DNA of 64,000 bases from the human T2T-CHM13v2.0 reference genome, Homo sapiens: assembly GCF_009914755.1 (NCBI RefSeq), contig NC_060928.1. One strand, given 5' to 3'. The notes under the pieces were generated by a model. That model was given only the letters and a program-made list of their open reading frames with translations. It ran no database searches and had not been told where the DNA came from. Position 1 is the stretch's first letter; each line of letters starts with the position of its first letter. Made by a program: the position numbers and the translations under genes. This document shows positions 47,214 through 64,000 of the stretch, in pieces.

Positions 47214-47634
47214 AAAACGGCCTAATTTCGAAATTCTGAAATCTTACTTTACATTTTACTTTGTATTTTTAGAATGTAATATCTTTGAAGGCAGTGATAT
47301 GTTTCCTTCAAAGACTTTAATGAATGCAGTGTGTCAAAAATACACTGATTAATGTGGATACATAATAATGATGTCACAGTTTTGTCAGGCTCATAGTCTC
47401 CCCTATTGAATAACATAAACCTGAGAAAATGATGAGATAAAGCTGATTTTTTTCAAGATGAGAAGGAAGAAAATTTGGATATTTAAGAATTTAAAATAAA
47501 ATGACAAATTAATCCTTCAGAATTATGTTTGAGAATGCTAAAAATTAGCCTTTCTTGAGTAAAAAACAAAAGTGTATGTCAGAAGAGACCTCTTGTGTGT
47601 ATAATAGCTTACTGCAGTTTCTTTAAAAAAAAAA

Positions 47635-51290
<3,656 letters not shown>

Positions 51291-51450
51291 ACATATGCTT
51301 TCAGAGCTGGATCAAACCTTGGATGAGCAAATTGTGACTTAAAAGTGTGGACTGACCTACCCATCCTTAACTAGCAATAGAGCTGGCACCTATGGAAGAC
51401 TCCTACATTAACCATTTCTCATAATTTTTCCATTGAAATTAAGAATGCTA

Positions 51451-51772
<322 letters not shown>

Positions 51773-52446
51773 CTACCTGTTACTTTCTATTGGAGATAAG
51801 AACTATGAGGCTGCAAACTGGGACAGAAATCTTGGAGCAGAGGGGAGGTGCTAAATCCAAATGTGGGACAGAAAACAAGGGATGAGACTAAGGATGCTTC
51901 TAAGAGCAATAAAAGCATTAAAGTTCAATAATACAGCTACCTCAGAACCAGTAAATTTGGAGTAAACCAAATTGATCTAAAGTTGTTGCAAAAACCGAAT
52001 GAGGTTCTAAGCCTGGTAATGTCAAGTCATCTCGAGAGACAACCTGAGCCAGCATGACCACGGAAACTTTGATTTGTGATTCATTATCTCTGCAGTGATC
52101 CAGGGCAGGCTGGAATGTAAGGACAAAATCCCATTTGCCCAGAACCCAGAACGATAACAGCTTTGGGTTTGGGAATAGAAGATCACTGGCCAAGTATGTC
52201 TGTCAAATGGTAAATTCAATCAAAACATTCACACTGAGATATATGTGTGATGTATCACATACAACATCTAGGGACATCGGCCTTTCTCTGCTGAGAGGTG
52301 TGTTTTTTTGTTTTGTTTTGTTTCTTTGCTTGTGAGAGACTTTGAGAGTTACTATGGTTTTCTAGTTTAACTAAATAACAGTTTTTGTGAGCCCAGAATT
52401 GCACAGAACTATGGGTATCTCAGACTATAGAAATACAACCTATTTC

Positions 52447-54218
<1,772 letters not shown>

Positions 54219-54299
54219 TCAATGTAAAATCGCAAGTCTATGTAAAATATCCCAAATCTATGTAAAATCCCAACTCTATGTAGCCTCCATAAATATGGA

Positions 54300-54545
54300 C
54301 ATGAACAGTAACAACTCATATATGTTGAGGCTTTTCTCAAGTGTGTCAGGCACCGTTCTAAGCATGTTACATGTGGCAACAGGCTGATTTCTCTCAGCCT
54401 GTAAGGTAGATATTTTTCTCTCCATTTTTCACGAGAAAACGGAGGCACCAGGTGGGGTAAGCAATTTGCCAAGGGTGCAGTTAGAAAGTGGTGGAGGCAG
54501 AATGAGAACCCAGCCCGGCTAGCTTCAGAGCCTGTGCTCCTAATG
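54300..54545 (-). mobile_element. MIR SINE
   Basis: gtgtcaggcaccgttctaagc...ccattttt...gagaaaacggaggcac...agaatgagaacccag. Confidence 0.75.
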
Positions 54546-54629
54546 ACTGTTTTGTGAATGATTTAAGTTTGAACTACTAGGCCCAGAAAGGTTGCATAGT
54601 TTTCCTTGAAGTTGCTCTGGCACCCATGA

Positions 54630-55080
<451 letters not shown>

Positions 55081-55113
55081 TGGAAGTTATTTTTCTTTAT
55101 AAAGCAGATGACT

Positions 55114-55572
<459 letters not shown>

Positions 55573-56116
55573 TAACCCTGTCTTATTTTACATGAACCAC
55601 AAAGGTTTGAACAAGAAGTAACAGCCCGAGGGTGGTGAAAGTTGTAAAAACACAAGGAACGAGTTCAGTACTATGTATTCCTCAGCTCTTTTCATTCACC
55701 TGTGTCTGACTTTGGAAAATTTTTTCTTTGCAGAGAATCTACTTTTCTATCCTCTTTTTGGAAATATAGTTTTAACTTGCCTGGTTGAGTTTCCTAGTCT
55801 TTAAGTGTTGCTGTCAGTGGAATTGGATTGCGGAGCAGTAGAGGAGAAAAGGCTAACAACTTTTACAAGGAGTCCACATCGTTACCCACAATACAGAGGC
55901 TGGGGAGAGAGAAATGTCTAGAGAGAAAGAGAAGAGGCTGCGGCTCAAGTGAGAACATTAGGTTTAGCACATGAGAGGATCTTGAATAGTTGCAAGGAGA
56001 GAGAGAAATGGGGAATTAAGGGAGACGGGGAGACATTTGAGAAGGACGAGAAGATTGGAATCCGTTTGAAAAATGACTTTGCTTCCTGGATGGGGCATCT
56101 CTGAATGCACCATTGA

Positions 56117-56463
<347 letters not shown>

Positions 56464-57899
56464 AACATGCTTTGATAGAGAAGGACTATTCCCAGAGGCC
56501 TACAGTTAGCTGTAGGAATTTAAAAGTGTTTAAAAGGAAAAAAAAAACTTTAAAAATAATTTAGATGATAAAGAATAAAGACCCTATATTTAAAATTCCA
56601 ACTTGATTCAACTGTAGGCTGAAAAATGAAGACTTCTAAAATTAGAAAGAGCCAGGAAAACTTAAAAACAAAGAAGAAGAGAATCAGAAAAGAGTAAAAT
56701 ACTGTTAATTGTGTCATGGATTCCTAAGAGGAGCTGGAATCTCAAAATCTCAGTCTATTTCTTATCGTTCGTCCTATGTGACTAAGTTAATTACAATAAT
56801 GTGCATAATTCTCATTTTGTGCTATAAGTTTAATTATTTTGGATAACCTTTTAGTTGTTCACATAATGTCCTGATTTAAACAACGCCTTTGGTTATTTCC
56901 ACAGTTATGTGGGCAAAGTGGATCCCTGCTAACAATTGAAATAAAATTTTGTCACCCAAAACAGAAAAATCAGGTAAGTAGCCTCGATCTTAATTCAGCA
57001 TACACCTGGCTGATTATACTGTCATAATCATTAAACAAAGTAACTTTAGAAACTAAGATTATACTTTTATAATACAAATGATAAATATCTACATAGAAAA
57101 TGTAAATTCTGTGATTTTGCAGATTCCTTTATCATGTGATTATTTTTTTCCTTAATTCTCTAAGTCATTTTTTCCAAATAAGAGGAAAATTAAAATCAGA
57201 CTAAGAATATACATCTACTCTTGGATGAAGAGTGAACACTCTACCTAAAAATAGATTTTTGACGTCAAGAATCCAAGAGCTGGTTTGTGAAAACAAGCTT
57301 TAAAAGCCATGAAATTGAAAGCTTTATTGGTCCATTTTTACTTGATTTAGTCAAGAGATTTTTGAAAATCAAGAACCTTTGGATCAGTTACTCCTGTCAT
57401 TCTGTGCCTTACAGGAAATGAGAGAGAGTAGAGTACGCTAAACATCATGCTTTCATTGTTGTCATTTAAGCTTTTGGACAACTGAATTACTTGCTTTCTT
57501 TTAAATTTTCCCAGGGTTAACAGATCTGACAATAGGTTGAGATTTTTGTGATGTGGTTTTGTAAACCTAGAGTATTTGGTCCTTTCAATAATTCAGCCCT
57601 GGGCATGAGAAAAGATCATTTTTCACCTGACTCCAGTGTTGTCTGAACATCCACAAACAGCCGATTAACACGATATAGCTCAAGGATAGATGTGAGAATC
57701 TAACTTTAAGAAACCAATGATAATTTTACCTTCAGAAACTGTGTCTAGATATACTATTAGATGCTCCATGGAAAAGGCTCCACTTGGTGAAAAGAAAAAA
57801 AAAGGTTCCACTTGGGTCTTATCCTGGTGTAGTGGACGTATTAATTTTGTTTGACCATCATCCATTTCTCCTTCTTCTATGAATTTAACCTTTATCTTG

Positions 57900-58268
<369 letters not shown>

Positions 58269-58321
58269 TCACTGTTTATCATGTGGCATAGGTCAAATGC
58301 TCATGCTAAGTTTAAAAGAAA

Positions 58322-58608
58322 TTTTTTTACAGGGTTTCTCTCTGTTGCTTAGGCTGGAGTGCAGTGGCGCAATCATGGCTCATTGAAGCCTCAAACTCCT
58401 GGGCCCAAGTGATCCTCGCACCGCAGAATCCTGAGTAGCTGGGACTGCAGGCATGTGCCACCAAGCCTGGCTAATTTTTGTATTTTTTGTAGAGGTGGGT
58501 GTCTCCCTATGTTGTCCAGCCTTGTCTTGAACACCTGGCCTCAAGTGATCCTCCCACCTCAGCCTCCTGAAGTGCTGGGATTACAGGCATGAGCCACTGC
58601 ACCCGGCC
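58322..58608 (-). mobile_element. AluJ
   Basis: reverse diverged consensus. Confidence 0.85.
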
Positions 58609-59194
58609 TCATCCTAGTCTTAAGGAAAGCACATGACTCAGGCCTGGCCAGTCACAGTATCAGAGCTTGTTAGTTACAATGACTGGGTGAGTATTGTACT
58701 CATGACCTCAGCTAGGTTGGGAAGAATCCTTTTTGGGATTTTTGCTGGAACTTTTGTGAAAGAGGCATTGTCTCCTGTTGGGGTTGCCACATGGATCAAT
58801 TAGAAGATGACCTTTTCTCGTAGCTATTTTTTGCAAATACTTAGGAACATTAGCCTTTGTCTGGAAAAAAAAAAAAAAGGAACACAGACGAAAGCAAGTC
58901 AAAAAGATGGAGTAAGTAAAAAAATTCCTAAAGATGTAATTGAGTACTTGCTTCCCTCTGTGCCCAAGTCTATCTGTACCCCTGCACTTTTCAATTTTGT
59001 GAGCCTACACGTTTTTAAAAAATTTAAGCCAGATTAAGCTAGGCTACTCTGGCAACCAAAAGTGTCCTGATTAATACAGTTAGCTTTGTGTGAATTGGAA
59101 CAATTGGCCAGGGCAAAGAATGAAATACTGTTAGCAGGTCTTGTGGTCCTGGTTGAGAGAGACTGAGGAAAATTAGATTAGAGGACACAGTTTT

Positions 59195-60005
<811 letters not shown>

Positions 60006-60194
60006 TCAAAAGGAAAGCATTTTAAATTAGCAATTTAAAATAGTGCAGACCACCAGACAAAAACCTAGTTTTGTCAATTGACCTGTATTGTAATGCATAA
60101 AACCAAAAATTATTTAAAAACATAGTGCAGGGTGATCCACATTATTCAAAATGAATTAAAAGCCATACGTATTAGCCAAAATAATAGCTCCCTC

Positions 60195-60730
60195 CCTCAA
60201 AGAGAAGGTGATGTGAAGACAGAAAAAGTATAGAGCGAGGCCAAGGTGGGTGGATCACTTGAGGTCAGGAGTTCAAGACCAGCCTGGCTAAGATGGTGAA
60301 ACCCCATCTCTACTAAAAATACAAAAATTACCCAGGTGTGATGGCACGCACCTGTAATCCCAGCTACTCGAGAGGCTAAGGCACAAGAATGCTTGAACCT
60401 AGGAGGCAGAGGTTGCAGTGAGCCGAGATTGTGCCACTGCACTCCATCCTGGGCAACAAAGCAAGACTCTGTCTCAAAAAAAAAAAAAAAAAAAAGAAGA
60501 AGTATAGAGCGACGTGAGTTAGAACCAAGAAATGCCAAGGCACCTCCAGAAGCTGGAAAAAACAAGGAACAAATTCTCCTCTGGACACTCCAGAAGAGAC
60601 CAGCCCTGGCAATGTAAAACAAATTTTAGATTTCTGACCCCCCAGAACTGTAAAAGAATACATTTGTGTTGTTTAAGTCACTATATTTGTGGTAATTTAA
60701 TACGGCAGCAAAGAAAACTAATAAGTACAC
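60195..60730 (+). mobile_element. MLT1 LTR interrupted by a 5'-truncated Alu (~60239-60498)
   Basis: ccagaagctggaaaaaacaaggaacaaattctcctctgg...cagaactgtaaaagaatacatttgtgttgtttaag; TSD aagtatagagcga. Confidence 0.8.
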
Positions 60731-61812
60731 CCTGTTAAATGAGGTGGGTAGTTTTGAGATGGACCACCTAATATTGGAAAGATATTTTGCGTCTTAAACT
60801 TCTAGCAGCTGTAAGAGGGAAAAACATCTCCAAATATGCCTGGGCTTTATTTCCTAAGTGAATTAAAAGAACATTGCTAATTAAGGGTAAAGATGGAGAT
60901 TTTCTAGTGATTCTTTGAAAGGATCACCAGGTTCAGATTGTGTCATGGTGCTCATGACTTGATCACCTAGTTACTGCAGAGACAGAGAGTATTAGGAGGC
61001 TTTCAAGGAAGGTGGGCCGATTCTCCAGCCAACGTGAAATGTTGGTAGACAAGAAGCTAAACTTCCCCCCAAGAGACAGTATGTCAGTCAGGAAACTATT
61101 TCCTGTCCGTTGAAATATCTTTTTATAGCTGGGAAAAACTTTGGGAAAACCAAGTGGTGAGCCATGGAAAAGGGTTTCTTTGTTTATTTACTTTGGCTTT
61201 TCGAAATGTTCTTGGACTTGAGTGGACGTCTGACTCTGGGGAAAACAGACATAAGGACAATTAAAGATGTCCCAAATTGACTCTGCTGGGAGGAACATTG
61301 CTCGTTGCTGCCCTCCAGAGAAGTTCAGAGAGGGAACAATGAAAAGCAGAAGGCTGATGAAGAAAGGTCAGGCTGTATGCCAACAAAGGTCAGCCCATAT
61401 GCGTGTCTGTTGCACCTTGAGTAGCCTGTGAGTTTGCCTGAAACCTTTCCATAGAGATAGCAAAATATGCTTTCAGCTCAACTTTAATTTAGAAGCCATA
61501 TCCTATCTTGGTTGAGTGCCACCTTGTTTAAAGTAACATATTCTGGATCTGTGTAGCTGGGGACACAGAAGGGGCCCACCATGAGATTTTAGGCTTGTGA
61601 GCATTCTTTATGCAGGCTTCTCTTTGCGTTAAGCTCTTCTGGAGAGACAGTGACCGGCCGGTTGCCAGAATTGGCCTTAGCACAAAATTCTTGGACAAAT
61701 TTGGGGCAAGATCTCTTCAAAAGTCCAAGCTGTGGGTCATCAGGGGCAGACCCTCACCTAAGAGGAGACGTTGAAGTCAGCCAATATTGTCCAGAAATTA
61801 AACGCTGGAGGG

Positions 61813-62540
61813 GGCCAGTGATTAATGGCTCACGCCTGTAATCCCAGCACTTTGGGAGGCTAAGGCAGGAAGATTGCTTGAGGCCAGGAGGAGTTCGCGA
61901 CTGGCCTAGGCAACATAGTGAGACCTCCATGTCTACAAAAAAAAAATTAAAAAATTAAAAATGTAGCCAAGTGGGCCGGGCGCAGTGGCTCACACCTATA
62001 ATCCCAGCACTTTGGGAGGCCAAGGCGGGCAGATTGCCTGAGCTCAGGAGTTAAAAAATTAGCTGGGTGTGGTGGCATGTGCCTGTAGTCCCAGCTACTT
62101 GGGAGGCAGAGGCAGGAGAATTGCTTGAACCCAGGAGGCAGAGGTTGAAGTGAGCCAAGAACACACCTTCACTCCAGCCTGGGCAACAGAGCAAGACTCT
62201 GTCTCAAAAAAAAAAAAAAAGTAGCCAGGTGTAGTGGTGTGCACCTGTAGTCCCAGCTGCTTGGGAGGCTGAAGTGGGAGGATCATTTGAGCCCAGGAAG
62301 TTGAGGCTATAGTGAGTCATGATTGCACCGTCTCAAAAAAAAAAAAAAATTAACCAGGTATGTTGGTGTGTGTGCCTGTGGTCCCAGCTACTTGGGAAGC
62401 TGAAATTGAGAGGATGCTTGAGCCCAGGTATTAGTTTGAGGTTAAAGTGAGCCATATGAAGACACTGCATTCTAGCCAGGGCCACAGAGTGACACCCTCT
62501 ATGAAAACAAAACAAAACAAAACAAACCAACAAAAAAACA
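61813..62540 (+). mobile_element. Cluster of nested and partial Alus
   Basis: several Alu arms in tandem; inner AluS ~61973-62220 with an internal deletion. Confidence 0.85.
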
Positions 62541-64000
62541 ACCCACCATAGAGAGGGAAGGTATAATGGTTTTAGGCATTTAATTTTTTGGTGTCACTGA
62601 AGGATTTTGTTTTTAATTTAGATTCTTCGCAGGAAGAGTTGGTGATGGTGGTGATGGTGGTTGTAGCTGTAGAAGTGAGGAATGCATTTGTTTGGGGAGG
62701 TTAAAGGGGACCATTTTACACTGAAAGATGAACGTAGATGTAAAACTAGTAGCTACAAGAAATTAACCAAGAATAGAGTGAGGCCAGAATTAGACCCTCA
62801 AAGAACAGCAGATAACAAAGATATCCCCTAAAAGCAGCGAATATTTACCAGGTGTTTACTCTGCAAGAGAGATGGTCTTTTTTTATGTCCTTTACCTATT
62901 TAAGCCCACACAGTACCCCTATCATGAAAGTGCTATTGTCAGGATTCCCATTTGACAGATGGGAAATGGGGGCCTGGGAAGTCCAAAACCACCCAGCCAG
63001 TAAACAGAGGAACCAGGCTTGCACTCAGTCAATCTCTGTCTAGAGCCACCGAAGAAAAATGGGAGAAAAAATTTGATGCTGCAAAAGGCGCCCCTCAAAG
63101 ATAGATAATGATGCCTCCAAGTCAAAGGGAATCTGCCTGCTGAGAGGGGGTCACTTCTAAAGGCACTCCTTCCTTAAATGGAAGGCGGAGGGAGGCAGGG
63201 CAAGGTGACTACCCCTGCCTTAAGCATGGTCCTGGCAGCCCCCTCTGTGCATTGAATGGGGTGTGTCAGGCCAGAGTGGGCTGGGGCTTGAGTGTGGTTG
63301 GGGGGGAGTCCTGAGGCGAGGATAGTAAAGATGGGACATGACCCTGAGGGCTCAAGCTCAGGACAGGCTCAAACATCCCTTTCTTCCTGAGATGGGGTTG
63401 TCTGACTCCCTGGGGGAATGTGATTCTGTTTGCAGTTAAACCAATTTGAATTAATCTAGCAAGTGTCAATTCTTTCCCTCGGAACTGTGTAGAATGCTAT
63501 TCCAAAATTAGACTAACTAGTGAAACCTTCTCACAGGCTTCTTTTTACAGACTGAGATAATGTTTCGCTCAAAGATGCTGCTGGATGAGGCAGACCATTT
63601 TAATCACAGTGAAGCTTCCCCCCCAGGCTTTCGCTGCCTCTCCCACCTTGTGGGGACCTGCCTGGGAGAAGTTTCACACGCGCCCCCGCTCCACCTCCCA
63701 CCCTGCAGAACTGCTGCTGGCTGGACGCTGGCTGCACCTTCTCGTTGAGAACAGCTGCTGGCTATTTCCTCATTTCTAAACTTCCGAGGACAAGCTTGGA
63801 GTGCAGCTAAGCCTTTGGAGATGCTGCAGCTACTGTTCTGATCCTGGGAGGTGCATTTCTGAGGCGGACAGTCAGCACTGACAAGACAAGTTGGAGGGAA
63901 CGAGCTGGCTGAGGGCTGGGGAGCAGCCCCTCTCCTTGGAAGAACTCTGATGGGAAACAGATGCTAAGAAGGGATTTATGGTTTATTCCAAGGACAGATG

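Overview
Human (primate) genomic DNA. Bases ~1-22.9 kb hold the 3' half of RAPGEF2 (PDZ-GEF1/RA-GEF1/CNrasGEF) on the + strand. I reconstructed 13 in-phase GT-AG coding exons covering the RA domain, CDC25 RasGEF domain, Ser-rich tail, PY motifs and the C-terminal -EQVSAV PDZ ligand, followed by a ~2 kb 3'UTR ending at an overlapping AATAAATAAA. A 24-nt microexon is among the 13; a candidate extra 123-nt cassette exon and a NAGNAG acceptor are also visible. The remaining ~41 kb has no supportable protein-coding gene and is dense in repeats: many Alus, L1PB and old L1M, two solo LTR12 (ERV9), THE1, MLT1, MLT2A, MER1A, Charlie1 and two Tigger2a, often nested. I found no wholly new biological system. 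The best leads are the 123-nt exon, an intronic copy of part of a GEF exon that could splice in frame, a tRNA-Arg(CCT) fragment flanked by 19-bp direct repeats, the LTR12 promoter pair and a perfect 25-bp AT-rich inverted repeat. Repeat subfamily calls and comparisons to known proteins or RNAs are from memory, not database searches, and repeat boundaries without a stated TSD are approximate.
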